Source of the DNA: Candidatus Zixiibacteriota bacterium
GTDB lineage: Bacteria > Zixibacteria > MSB-5A5 > GN15 > JAAZOE01
NCBI GenBank assembly: GCA_043819555.1
Contig: JBDREQ010000020.1
Coordinates: 22,690 to 86,689 of the forward strand
Length of the DNA stretch: 64,000 nt
Reading direction: 5' to 3'
The translations under genes and the position numbers were made by a program. The first letter of the stretch is position 1. Every line of letters begins with the position of its first letter. Positions 9,008 to 19,292 of this stretch are shown here, piece by piece. Under the pieces are notes generated by a model. The model ran no database searches. It had not been told where the DNA came from and saw only the letters and a program-made list of their open reading frames with translations.

Positions 9008-9321
9008 ATAACCTCCCCGCAACATATGCCAATCCATCGCGATAAAACACCCCGCATTCGCGAATGAATTAAGATTTATATAACTTGTTCACTGGGTAAT
9101 TCTCCCGCCCCGGGATGAATTACATTTGCCAATGCAAAATCAGATATAGGATTTAATTTTTATGAAATTTGAATCGCAAATTCCACCTTCCATCTTCGAT
9201 AAACATATATATTTTGCGCCCAAAAGTCAATTGCTTTAACCCTCACAAATAGTCAATTGACAATTTGACCAAATAGTTGTTTCTTGGATTTGCTCGCTGA
9301 ATTATAAACTAAGGTGTAATT

Positions 9322-10374
9322 ATGACAGATGCAGTATATGAAAAATTGGCCGAAGCGTTGGACCGTCTTCCCAACGGTTTTCCGCGAACGCCTTCAAACG
9401 TTGAGATACCGCTTCTTAAAAGGATGTTTACGTCCGATGAAGCAATCCTGGCTTCTCATCTTACGATTGAAATGGAACCCGCCCCGGATATTGCAGAGCG
9501 GGTATCTTTACCCTCGGAAGCAGCATCTGAAAAGCTAATTGATATGGCCAAGCGTGGACTAATCTGGTTTGAAAAAACACAGGATGAGCTAAAATTCAGA
9601 CTGGCTCCTTTCATTGTCGGTGTGTACGAATCACAAATTGGCAACATGGATGAAGAATTGGCCGGACTGATCGATGAATATCTTGCTGATGGCGGAGCGG
9701 CGGGAATTATGAAATACGACCCGGCCCTTCATCGAGTAGTTCCGGTTCGGGGAGCCATTCATGGCGAATGGGTTTTACCTTACGAAGACGTGAAGAAAAT
9801 TCTTCAGGAAGCGAAATCATACGCTACCCACGATTGCATTTGCCGTGTACAGCGTGCTCAGCTTGGCCATGCCTGCGATCGTCCTGTTCATAATTGCCTG
9901 GCATTCAATATATCCAAATTGCCGCCCGGATTTGACTCCATTACTCAAGATGAAGCTCTCAGGATTCTGGATGAGGCAGAAGAGGAAGGATTGGTCCATA
10001 CTGTTAGTAATGTCGCTACGGGAATTGGATATATCTGTAATTGCTGCGGTTGCTGCTGCGCCATCCTGCGAGGGATCACAGAATGGGGAATGGAAAAATC
10101 GGTGGCCTATGCCAATTATTATGCGGAGATCGATGCTGATTTATGTTCTGACTGCAAAACGTGCCAGGAACGGTGTCAGGTTGATGCGATTGAAACCCGG
10201 GACGATGTTTCATTTGTCATCCGCGAAAAGTGTATTGGATGTGGTTTATGCGCGACCGGCTGTCCTGAAGAAGCGGCTCAATTGAAACCGAAACCGGAAG
10301 AAGAGATTGTTCATCCTCCCGAGAATTTCCCTGCCTGGGAACGGCTGCGATTGCAATCAAGGGGAATGGCGTAA
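9322..10374 (+). CDS. 4Fe-4S dicluster (ferredoxin-type) protein with N-terminal wHTH-like region
   Basis: CSDCKTCQERC and CIGCGLCATGCP motifs plus CICR and CNCCGCCC Cys clusters. Confidence 0.8.
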   Translation: MTDAVYEKLAEALDRLPNGFPRTPSNVEIPLLKRMFTSDEAILASHLTIEMEPAPDIAERVSLPSEAASEKLIDMAKRGLIWFEKTQDELKFRLAPFIVGVYESQIGNMDEELAGLIDEYLADGGAAGIMKYDPALHRVVPVRGAIHGEWVLPYEDVKKILQEAKSYATHDCICRVQRAQLGHACDRPVHNCLAFNISKLPPGFDSITQDEALRILDEAEEEGLVHTVSNVATGIGYICNCCGCCCAILRGITEWGMEKSVAYANYYAEIDADLCSDCKTCQERCQVDAIETRDDVSFVIREKCIGCGLCATGCPEEAAQLKPKPEEEIVHPPENFPAWERLRLQSRGMA

Positions 10375-10406
10375 TGTTGACGGGATTCGCATATATATTC
10401 TAATTG

Positions 10407-10439
10407 AAAAAATACCGCCGGTTTTGTAAATGCCGGCGG
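10407..10439 (-). terminator. Intrinsic terminator between convergent genes
   Basis: CCGCCGG/CCGGCGG stem with a T-tract on the minus strand. Confidence 0.6.
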
Positions 10440-10464
10440 CTTAAATTAAAAGGACTTCGGATCC

Positions 10465-11826
10465 CTACTCTTTATTGACGATTAAATCCTTTCGTGACAG
10501 ATTTAATTTGTCGAAACTCTCCGATGATATGACATAATACCAATCTGAAAAGCGGGCATTCAACGTTTCACTGAGAATTCGGCCATCAGTAACATTCTTG
10601 TGCCATTTTTCGTGAGCGTCATACCCGGTTTTATTATCACGATCGGCGTCTGTCCATAGGCTGTCATCAGTCGTTAAAAAGTCAGTATTGGCAGGTTTGG
10701 ACGGTTCGGTAAACACAGATTGGTCAAACTCGGTTGATATAAAAAGATATCTGTTTTCAGCGCTTTCTCCACTACCGTCGCCGTCCTCGGTACCGGCGGT
10801 CACCGATAGTCCTGTTCCATAGAGAACTTCACCGAATCGCAGGGTGTAAATGACGCCGTCATCAGTCCTGACTATTAATTCACCTTCGTTTGATTTGAGT
10901 TCGCCGTCCCGGGTAAAATAAAATCCCTTACTCTGGAGGTTCATAACATCAGCACGATTGATTTCCTGTCCATTTTGGTTTTGCTTTTGCAGGTTTTGAG
11001 ACAGGCCGGCCGGCTTGGGACGAACGCCGACAATTTTCAAACCATCAATCGCGGTTTTTAATTCGGATAATATGGTCGAATCGACTTTTTTCCCGTATCC
11101 CATATCCTGAGCTGTCCAGTCGCTGCCGTTTTTATATAAAATTAGTTCATCGTGTTCGTTCAGGCGCCCCGATCTTTCATCAATGGAATAATCAAGAAGG
11201 GACAGGCGATTGATTTTGTTTTTATCGACTTTCAGCAGGTCCGTATCAATCCAATCCTCAAATTTGGTGGAGATGTCTATGGATGTTTTGACCGCATAGA
11301 CTCGTTTCTCATCAGGCAACCTCACAAATCTGAATCCTTGACCCTCTTCAACCGGATTGCCGATTATCAAATCAGCAAGGATATTCTCTTGAATATCCTT
11401 AATAGTAACCCGCGTGCCGTATCCTGATGACGCCAAATTGGATTCATCCAACGGATCGATGACACCGCAGGATTCATGATCGGCAATTTTATCCGAACGA
11501 AAATCATCTTTGACGATGCCAATAATTCCCGAAGCTATGCGAGCCAAACGATCCTTATTATCGGCAGGGTAATCATGATGGGAGGGGATGCTCCACCGAT
11601 TTTTCGTAAACGTTACCTTAAAAGGCAATGCCGTTCCTGTATTATTATCGTATTCTACAATTTCAAGGGTGGCTGCCGCGTTGGGATCGTTAAAATTCGG
11701 GAAAAATGATTCTCCCTGATCCTGAAAAGCCGAAGGGATTATTCGATCAGGAGACGCGATCAGAGCTATTATAAGAAGGGCCGCAGCGGCACCCGCGAAC
11801 CATAAAGTTGTTTTATTATCTTTCAT
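10465..11826 (-). CDS. DUF4340-type membrane-anchored accessory protein of a Gld-like ABC module
   Basis: N-terminal TM; WSIPSHHDYPAD, LIIGN..FVR..DEKRVYAV and YTLRFGE; last gene of the ATPase/permease operon. Confidence 0.7.
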   Translation of the reverse strand: MKDNKTTLWFAGAAAALLIIALIASPDRIIPSAFQDQGESFFPNFNDPNAAATLEIVEYDNNTGTALPFKVTFTKNRWSIPSHHDYPADNKDRLARIASGIIGIVKDDFRSDKIADHESCGVIDPLDESNLASSGYGTRVTIKDIQENILADLIIGNPVEEGQGFRFVRLPDEKRVYAVKTSIDISTKFEDWIDTDLLKVDKNKINRLSLLDYSIDERSGRLNEHDELILYKNGSDWTAQDMGYGKKVDSTILSELKTAIDGLKIVGVRPKPAGLSQNLQKQNQNGQEINRADVMNLQSKGFYFTRDGELKSNEGELIVRTDDGVIYTLRFGEVLYGTGLSVTAGTEDGDGSGESAENRYLFISTEFDQSVFTEPSKPANTDFLTTDDSLWTDADRDNKTGYDAHEKWHKNVTDGRILSETLNARFSDWYYVISSESFDKLNLSRKDLIVNKE

Positions 11827-11830
11827 TGCG

Positions 11831-14515
11831 CTAACTCCTCAATCTTCTCGCGGCAATTGTTCCTTCATGCTCCCGGCGTCGGCGCCGGATAAATTTCATT
11901 ACTCCCAGGACAAAAACAGGGACGGGTGGGAGTAACACGGCCAAAGTTTTTATATTGGCCTGGATAGCCCGGATCGCGATTTCGGTGTTTTCCTGGCTGC
12001 GGGCTATAGTTGCGTCACGATTGGCCTCGATATTCGCCTGCATAGCTTCAAATCTCTTATTTTCCACTTCCTGCATATTCTGAGCCATGATTTGTTTGGT
12101 TTGTTCATCGACATCGGTTCGATTGCGCACTCCAGCGACTTTTTCATTGAGCCGCTGCTGAGCTTCCGATAACGCTTTTCGCGCCTCTTCCTCAGCTTGG
12201 CGTTCTTCCTCAAGACGTTGTGTAATAAATTCCTGGGTTTTGGCTTCAACGGCAGTTAAAGTGCGGTGTTTCACGCGCCGATTGCGCAATTCGACGAAAG
12301 ATTTGTCATCAGCCAGGTAATCGATACTATTTAAGAAAAAACCGATATTATCGAAATTGAGGTTGGCAATGCCTCGGTTGCGGATTTCAAAAAACTGCTG
12401 CGAGATAAAATCGACATCAGCGATAATCAATAGATTTATCATATTACCGGACTTGTTTTCCGGATCGTTTTCAATTTGATTGCCGGAGGTTGTCCCCGAA
12501 ATTCGGGCGGCCACTGTATATATATCAGGGGTCGCCATCCGTCTGGGCCGGGGGTTAAGGTTCAATCCGAAAAAGCCGCGCTGCACAAGATTGTACCAGT
12601 GATGTACGCCCGAAACCAGTCCTGTTTGCAGAAGCGGTTCAAATACCAGATTAGGTTCGGGAGGATATTCGAGATATCCAGGGAACATAAAGACAACTTC
12701 CTGCAAGTCGGCGCTGACCGGATTATCCCGATTGAAAGCATTTTTGTTTTTATTCCCTTCGCCGATGAAAATAATTTCCTGCTGGAGAACTGAAAGATCG
12801 GGGTGGGGATTATACACATCCCAGATTACTTCGGACATTTTCCAGGGAACGCCGATCTCCTTCATGAACTGTTCCATATCTCCCTTGGGTGGTTTCTGCT
12901 GCTGATTCTGCTGAAACATGCTGACCTGGGCGTCGCTGGGCAGGATGGGGGAGAGGGATATATCAATAAGAGGCATGGGGTCAATCAATAAAACGGTGGG
13001 ATTTCCAGCTTTTATATAATTTTTCAAATTATCCAATTCTTCCTGACCCATTGTTGAAGGCATAACAGCCAGTAAGACATCCATTTTCTGCGCAATCGGT
13101 TCTGTCGGGTTGACCATGAGGACTTCGTATTGCTTGTGCAGTTCACCAACTACCGGCCAGGGAGGGACTTGTTGTCCGGTCTGGTAATTAAAGTCTCCAA
13201 ATAATTTTACACCGGTGCTCAGTATCCCGATTTTCTTGCGATCGCTTTGTGCGACTGAACGGATGCTTCGTATGAGTTCATATTCAACGGGGAGCCCAAT
13301 GTCAAAAAATGGAATAACCTCTTCTCGTGCGCCGCAGGTCAACGCAACACCGAGAAAAACTTTAGCCTGACCGGAGCGGCCGCCCTCATTCACAAATGTT
13401 TCCTGAGGCATTATGTTGAATTTTTCGCGGGCTTCACGGGCTTCTTCAGAAAACGGCTCAGTATCCTTTATGAGAATTTGTACCTGGTCGCCGCTGACTG
13501 CCGCAATTTCTTCCAGCTTTCCGATGATGTTAGCTCGCGATTCGACAAAATTGCGCGGTACTTCGGGGCTTATATATGCCTGAATGAGTACCTGTTTATC
13601 TTCAGGCAAATCGTTTAAAAGTTGTCTGGAAGTATCTGACAATGAGTGCAACCCTTCGGCGGTAACATCAATCCGCAAAGCCATTGTAGCAACAATCGCT
13701 ACAAACGAAAAGACGGCGATAATCAAAGCCACAGTTCGAATAAAATAATGAATCCACATTTTATATCCGCCTGCGGTAGCCGGCCAATGCCGCTTCCCAA
13801 GAATAATAACATTCAAATACACCATTATTGAGGAGACGCCAATAAAATAAAATAAACCCGAGAAACTGATAACACCCCTCGCAAAATCCTTCAGATATTT
13901 TTCAACCGCTATGCGCCCAATGATGCTTTGCAGCCATTCACCGGTAAGCCATTCAAGGCTACCGATAAATATAAATATTGAACAAAACACCATACCCAAA
14001 ATAAACCCGATAGTCGCGTTGGAGGTAAGAAGCGAAGCCAGCATCCCAATTCCCAAAAACGCGGCTCCGATTAGCCAATAGCCAAAATAATTGGAGATCA
14101 TTAATCCCAGATCAGGACTGCCCAGCCAAAATAAAACAATAATATGGCTAAATGATAAAACAAGGGAGGCTGAGTAGATTCCCAGAACCGAAAGATATTT
14201 GCCCAGGACAATTTCAATATCTGTGGCCGGAATGGTCAAAAGAAGTTCGTCAGTACCCTGCCTGCGCTCCTCGGCCCAAACGTTCATCGTTACGGCCGGA
14301 ATGAATATGAGAAGCAAGTAGGGGAACATGGAATTCAATTGATCAAGATTGGCCAGGTTATTGGCAAAAAATCGATCTTGCCAGAAAGCCGCGGCGGCGC
14401 TCAGAAAAATAAAAACAGTTATAAACAAATATCCGGTTGGGCTGCTGAAGTACAATTTGAGGTCTCGCTTACTGATAACGGATATTACTCGCCAGTTTAG
14501 ATTCAGTTTCCTCAT
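11831..14515 (-). CDS. Fused GldF-like ABC permease + GldG-like periplasmic domain
   Basis: YFSSPTGY, AEERRQGTDELLLT and IVLGKY (GldF-like); RIDVTAEGLHSLS, EYELIRSI and ADVDF..N..FFLNSIDYL (GldG-like); C-terminal coiled coil and TM. Confidence 0.85.
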   Translation of the reverse strand: MRKLNLNWRVISVISKRDLKLYFSSPTGYLFITVFIFLSAAAAFWQDRFFANNLANLDQLNSMFPYLLLIFIPAVTMNVWAEERRQGTDELLLTIPATDIEIVLGKYLSVLGIYSASLVLSFSHIIVLFWLGSPDLGLMISNYFGYWLIGAAFLGIGMLASLLTSNATIGFILGMVFCSIFIFIGSLEWLTGEWLQSIIGRIAVEKYLKDFARGVISFSGLFYFIGVSSIMVYLNVIILGKRHWPATAGGYKMWIHYFIRTVALIIAVFSFVAIVATMALRIDVTAEGLHSLSDTSRQLLNDLPEDKQVLIQAYISPEVPRNFVESRANIIGKLEEIAAVSGDQVQILIKDTEPFSEEAREAREKFNIMPQETFVNEGGRSGQAKVFLGVALTCGAREEVIPFFDIGLPVEYELIRSIRSVAQSDRKKIGILSTGVKLFGDFNYQTGQQVPPWPVVGELHKQYEVLMVNPTEPIAQKMDVLLAVMPSTMGQEELDNLKNYIKAGNPTVLLIDPMPLIDISLSPILPSDAQVSMFQQNQQQKPPKGDMEQFMKEIGVPWKMSEVIWDVYNPHPDLSVLQQEIIFIGEGNKNKNAFNRDNPVSADLQEVVFMFPGYLEYPPEPNLVFEPLLQTGLVSGVHHWYNLVQRGFFGLNLNPRPRRMATPDIYTVAARISGTTSGNQIENDPENKSGNMINLLIIADVDFISQQFFEIRNRGIANLNFDNIGFFLNSIDYLADDKSFVELRNRRVKHRTLTAVEAKTQEFITQRLEEERQAEEEARKALSEAQQRLNEKVAGVRNRTDVDEQTKQIMAQNMQEVENKRFEAMQANIEANRDATIARSQENTEIAIRAIQANIKTLAVLLPPVPVFVLGVMKFIRRRRREHEGTIAARRLRS

Positions 14516-15279
14516 AATGAACCTCCCCCGCCGTTTAATTCTGAGGGGCGGCCATAGTTTGTCATTTTATAAAACGATTCTTCTATGGAGTTTTGTTTTC
14601 TTAAATCTTCCGGAGAACCGTCGAAGACGAGCCTGCCATTATGGATTAATAGTACGCGGGCGGCAACCGCTTCAACTTCCTGAAGAATGTGGGTCGAAAG
14701 TAAGATAGTTTTAGTGTTGGCCAGTTCAGAAATATTATCTCTGAAATCTCGGATTTGATTTGGGTCCAATCCCGCCGTGGGTTCATCCATAATAAGGACG
14801 TCAGGATCGTGCAAAAGAGCCTGAGCCAGGCCGACCCGCTGCCGATATCCTCGCGATAATTTACCAATCGGTTTTTCGAGTACTGTTTGCAGCGCACATC
14901 GGTTTACTACAATATCAATTCTTTGACTCAGAAATTTTTCTTCAATCTCTCGTGCCTCTCCAAAAAACCGTAATAGCTCCAGGGGTGTCATGTTTTCATA
15001 AAGAGGGCCGTTTTCCGGTAGGTACCCTAAAAAGCGAGATGCTTCCAGCCTCTTTCCTGACACATCATGTCCGCAGATGAAAGCGGAACCTTCACTGGGC
15101 CGCATAAATCCGGTCAAAAGCCTCATCGTAGTGGTTTTTCCCGCACCATTAGGCCCCAAAAAAGCGACAATTTGGCCTTTTGGGATCGAAAAGGAAATTT
15201 CCTTGATGGCCACGAATTCTCCAAAATATTTTGAAAGATTTCGCGCCTCAATCATTGGTTTAGCGTTGCCGTCTGTCAT
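14512..15279 (-). CDS. ABC transporter ATP-binding protein (GldA-like)
   Basis: GPNGAGKTT, LSRGYRQ, LIMDEPT and STH motifs; start at ATG 15279 with GAGGT RBS. Confidence 0.92.
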   Translation of the reverse strand: MTDGNAKPMIEARNLSKYFGEFVAIKEISFSIPKGQIVAFLGPNGAGKTTTMRLLTGFMRPSEGSAFICGHDVSGKRLEASRFLGYLPENGPLYENMTPLELLRFFGEAREIEEKFLSQRIDIVVNRCALQTVLEKPIGKLSRGYRQRVGLAQALLHDPDVLIMDEPTAGLDPNQIRDFRDNISELANTKTILLSTHILQEVEAVAARVLLIHNGRLVFDGSPEDLRKQNSIEESFYKMTNYGRPSELNGGGGSL

Positions 15280-15347
15280 CAATATTACCTCGCATAAGAA
15301 TCCCAACACATAACACGTTAATTATATTTGTACCGGTCAGAGTTTGG

Positions 15348-15376
15348 ATTATAAATAACCAAAGCCAATCTGTCAA
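15348..15376 (-). promoter_or_regulatory. Perfect-consensus sigma70 promoter for the Gld-like ABC operon
   Basis: TTGACA (15376-15371), 17-nt spacer, TATAAT (15353-15348). Confidence 0.8.
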
Positions 15377-15625
15377 GCGCGACAGATAAAGCCATTCTCT
15401 CCTCTTTTAATAAGCCATTATGGCAAATATGAATTATATTTCAGTATATTTCATGGGTTCCAGAATATTTTTGCAAATTTCTCAAACATAAAGCCATGAA
15501 TAGGTGTTTCATAAATCCCGGAATTTGTTATATTTAGACGGAAATTACTTAAAGGCGCTCAATGATTATAAGCTGATTGCGTACTAATGTTAACGCACAA
15601 CATTTTCAAACAGCAGAAGGTCACT

Positions 15626-17956
15626 ATGAAAAATTCTTGCTTCATTGTATTGCTTTTTATAATGGTTGCCTCCATTAATATTCAGGCTCAGGACAGCGAT
15701 TGCGGGACAGTTGTCAATCCCGATCAGGTTGAGCAGGCTTTGAGAATAGAGCGCGAGATGCAATTGGCATCCAAAGTTCTAGGCGCCACAGCTCATATTG
15801 AAATCCCGATTGCTTATCATATTATCCGTCGTACCGATGGAACCGGAGGCTTTTCTTTGACTGATTTGACAGCCTCGACCGATAGCGCCAATATTTTATT
15901 TTCTCCGTTAAATGTCAGTATTTATCAATATTCATTGGATTATATAGATGATGACGGTTTCTTCTTTGATACCGAAACAAATTCGCGTTTCGATGAACTC
16001 CGAAGTATTAATGTCGTTCATGAAGCAATAAATATTTATTTCCTGCCTACTGAATCCGGATTCCCGTATTGCGGATTGTCATCGTTTACGTTTTCCGGAA
16101 CACAGGGGATATTAATGAGCAATAATTGCGCTGGAGAAGCTATTATCAATTCCACATTGGTCCATGAAATTGGCCATTATTTTAATTTATATCATACTCA
16201 TGAAACCGCCTTTGGTGATGAATGCCCCGATGCGAGTAATTGTTCTGCAGCTGGCGATTTGATTTGTGATACGCCCGCCGATCCAAATCTTTCTGGTCTC
16301 GTTGATGCTTCTTGTGTTTATACCGGGACCGGCACTTCTCCCGCATCATGCGGCTCAGAAACATATAATCCGCAAATCGAAAATATCATGTCTTATTCCC
16401 GAAAGTCCTGCCGTGATTTTCACAGCGATATGCAAATTGATAAATTCAGAACGACTCTTTTGACTCTCCGACCCGAATTAGTCTTTGGCATTGACGGATT
16501 TCTTGTGTTACCGGGCGCGATTGAAGCGCTCCCGACCGTTGCCGGCCAAACTTCAGATAGCGTTATAAGGATTATTAACACCGCAGCGACTCCATTTGAT
16601 ATTACATCCGTTTCCACTTCAATCGGAATTATTAGTGTATCCGGTCCTTCGCCAATAACCCTGAATGAAGATGATACCGTTTCTTACCTTGTCAGTTTTG
16701 ACGCAACTGCCTTGACCGGTGAATGCGATCTTGGCCCGAGAGAAGATACTGTTATCTTCAATACAACTCATCCGGAAGTGGCAATCGCTTCAATTCCGGT
16801 ATCACCCACGGTTGTTTATGCCATCCCGAACGACGAACATCTCACGACCGGTTCCACATGCCTGATTTTTACGGTACCCAACACGCCCGGAATATCTGAC
16901 CGGACCAGCGCCGGATTTGTACCGTCCGGGTTTGGCAATATTCTCTTTGATGGCTCTCTATTGATTGGCATTATTGACGGAACCGATACTACAACCTATA
17001 TGGATTTGTATGGGACGGAAGATTTTTCGATTATTGATACTTATGCAGGCGATATTGATGCGGCTGGCCGCAATAGCCAGACAATCAGATATGTAACCAA
17101 TGATAATCGAATTCATGGTTCGGTGAGCTATCATTATGGCTATAATAGCCTTGGGATCGATAGCTGTTCCGCGCTGGAAATAGAATACACTATTTCCAAT
17201 CCATGCGATACAGCCCTTAATATTGTCGCCGGTATTTTCTGTGATTTTGATATTGATAATTCAGGAGATAATGACGCCTTTATAAATGGAGAGATGGTCA
17301 TAGCCACAGACGGGACTGGCGGCGCGGCACAATCAGTGGCCTTAGCGGTCCTTCAAAGTTGTGGCGCCGGGCCAATCCTGAGAATAATCTCAAATCCGAA
17401 CTTGATATACCCCACTAATGGGCTGACTGATTCCGATGCCTATCGTGAATTGACCTCGCCCAGCAGTACCGGCTCGTTGAATTCGACTGACGTTTCGTCG
17501 TTAATATCTTTTGGCGCGGTAACGCTTGACCCGGGCGAAACTCAGTTTTTCCAGGCGGCGATAATATTTTCGGGTACCGGTTCTGACGACCTCAATGCCC
17601 CTCTCCTTAACGCAAGCTCGCTGGCGAAGGTGGTTTTCCCCGATACCGATGGCGACTGCATAACCGATGCTCTGGATAACTGTCCGGGAACTTATAATCC
17701 GGATCAGGCCGATCAAAACGGGAACAGTATTGGAGATGTATGCGAGTATAAATGCGGTGATGCCAACAGCGACGACCAAACCAATGTCGGTGATGCCGTT
17801 TTTATAATTAATCATGCTTTTAAAGGCGGCCCGGCGCCCGATCCTTATGAGGCCTGCGATAGCAACTGCGATGAAGCGTGCAATGTCGGTGATGCTGTTT
17901 ATCTAATCAATCATATCTTCAAAAGCGGGCCGGTTCCGTGTGCGGAGTGTGAGTAG
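15626..17956 (+). CDS. Secreted M43 (pappalysin-like) metzincin protease with TSP3 repeat and C-terminal dockerin
   Basis: Signal peptide, then a DCGT Cys-switch-like motif, HEIGHYFNLYH zinc motif, GDLICDTP, Met-turn NIMSY, DNCPGTYNPDQADQNGNSIGDVC and a dockerin at 17753-17941. Alternative start 15587. Confidence 0.88.
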   Translation: MKNSCFIVLLFIMVASINIQAQDSDCGTVVNPDQVEQALRIEREMQLASKVLGATAHIEIPIAYHIIRRTDGTGGFSLTDLTASTDSANILFSPLNVSIYQYSLDYIDDDGFFFDTETNSRFDELRSINVVHEAINIYFLPTESGFPYCGLSSFTFSGTQGILMSNNCAGEAIINSTLVHEIGHYFNLYHTHETAFGDECPDASNCSAAGDLICDTPADPNLSGLVDASCVYTGTGTSPASCGSETYNPQIENIMSYSRKSCRDFHSDMQIDKFRTTLLTLRPELVFGIDGFLVLPGAIEALPTVAGQTSDSVIRIINTAATPFDITSVSTSIGIISVSGPSPITLNEDDTVSYLVSFDATALTGECDLGPREDTVIFNTTHPEVAIASIPVSPTVVYAIPNDEHLTTGSTCLIFTVPNTPGISDRTSAGFVPSGFGNILFDGSLLIGIIDGTDTTTYMDLYGTEDFSIIDTYAGDIDAAGRNSQTIRYVTNDNRIHGSVSYHYGYNSLGIDSCSALEIEYTISNPCDTALNIVAGIFCDFDIDNSGDNDAFINGEMVIATDGTGGAAQSVALAVLQSCGAGPILRIISNPNLIYPTNGLTDSDAYRELTSPSSTGSLNSTDVSSLISFGAVTLDPGETQFFQAAIIFSGTGSDDLNAPLLNASSLAKVVFPDTDGDCITDALDNCPGTYNPDQADQNGNSIGDVCEYKCGDANSDDQTNVGDAVFIINHAFKGGPAPDPYEACDSNCDEACNVGDAVYLINHIFKSGPVPCAECE

Positions 17957-17959
17957 ACT

Positions 17960-19099
17960 TTACTTATATTCACGCCACCAGGTTTCAACCACAGGAATAG
18001 ATGATTCTGTGATCGTCTGACCCGGTTTGGGAATAACAATATCGATTTGGGCCGCTTCGGCGGCCTTTTTTAATCTATCCGGCGGATCGAACCATTCATG
18101 AAAGGCGAGATTGAATGTTCCCCAATGGATGGGGATCATTATTTTTCCCTTTAAGGCCAGATGAGTCGCAACCGCTTGCTCTGGAGTACGATGAATAGCG
18201 GGCCATTTTTTTCCGTAGGCTCCGATTGAGATTAAAGTTATATCGAAGGGCCCATATTTTTGACCAATATCTGATATACCGGTAAATTCACCGGTATCGC
18301 CGCTAAAGAAAACTCGCTGTTCCTTTCCCATAATAATCCACGAAGCCCATAGGGTGGGGTTTTTATTGGGAATTCGCCGTCCGGAAAAATGCATTCCCGG
18401 TACGGCCAGAAATCTTACGGAACTTTCGGGTAAATCAAACTCATCCCACCAATCCAATTCATGAATTTGAAATAGGGCAACGCCCCATTTTTCCAGATGA
18501 GCCCCCACTCCCAGCGGAACATAAAAATGAACTCCGGTTTTAGACAGGGATTCTATTGTAGGTTTATCGAGATGATCGTAATGGTCATGTGATATAATCA
18601 CCGCATCGAGGGGCGGTAATTTCTCAAGCGGTAACGGCACCGGGTGGAATCGTTTGGGCCCCCATAGAGACGATGGTGAATTTCTTTCACTCCAGATTGG
18701 ATCAGTAAGAATTCGTTTACCATCAATTTCAATAAAGGCCGTGGAATGTCCCATCCAGGTAACCCGTAATTCATTTTCAGGATTATCAGCTAATGCCGCT
18801 GAATCGATCGGAATGACAGGAAGCTTGAAGGAAGGTTCTCTTGCTTCACTATAGAATAAAAATTGATATCCCATTTTAATCGATTCCATAAAAGTAAAAT
18901 CTTCAACATATTTATTGGGATTGACAAACTTTTCGCCATCGTAATTAGGAGAATTATTGATTCGTTCTAATCGGTCACCGGATGGATTGGCGCCGAATTG
19001 TGACAGATTATCGGTTGAAATGATAAATACAATCAAGCCAATAACAAGCAGACCGCCGAAAACCAGGAGAATCATCTTTGTAAACTTCCACCATTGCAT
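17960..19099 (-). CDS. MBL-fold metallo-hydrolase (NAPE-PLD/RomA-like) with N-terminal TM
   Basis: WMGHST, LTDP, SHDHYDHLD, FSGDT and PIHWGTF motifs; real start near 19099 or 19075, not 19762. Confidence 0.88.
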   Translation of the reverse strand: MQWWKFTKMILLVFGGLLVIGLIVFIISTDNLSQFGANPSGDRLERINNSPNYDGEKFVNPNKYVEDFTFMESIKMGYQFLFYSEAREPSFKLPVIPIDSAALADNPENELRVTWMGHSTAFIEIDGKRILTDPIWSERNSPSSLWGPKRFHPVPLPLEKLPPLDAVIISHDHYDHLDKPTIESLSKTGVHFYVPLGVGAHLEKWGVALFQIHELDWWDEFDLPESSVRFLAVPGMHFSGRRIPNKNPTLWASWIIMGKEQRVFFSGDTGEFTGISDIGQKYGPFDITLISIGAYGKKWPAIHRTPEQAVATHLALKGKIMIPIHWGTFNLAFHEWFDPPDRLKKAAEAAQIDIVIPKPGQTITESSIPVVETWWREYK

Positions 19100-19292
19100 A
19101 ATATCATTATTATAATAGATGGTTATTCCATATAGGTCAACTTTTAAAGTGGAATATCGATAATCTGCAAAAATCTTCCTGCCCTCTTGATTTTTATGGC
19201 AGATTGGGCTTATATTGGAATTTCCAAATTCTAATGGGTTAGGAGTGACAAAAATTGATCCCAAAATATAAATATCCAGGAAGGAGTGGCTC

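Noticed and set aside
9223-9270. Palindromes GTCAATTGC and GTCAATTGAC in the divergent intergenic region
   Set aside because: Explainable as overlapping back-to-back -35 boxes; no regulator can be assigned
10465-15279. GldA/F/G-like genes as evidence of gliding motility
   Set aside because: This ABC module with DUF4340 is widespread in non-gliding bacteria, and no gldK-N or spr genes are in the window
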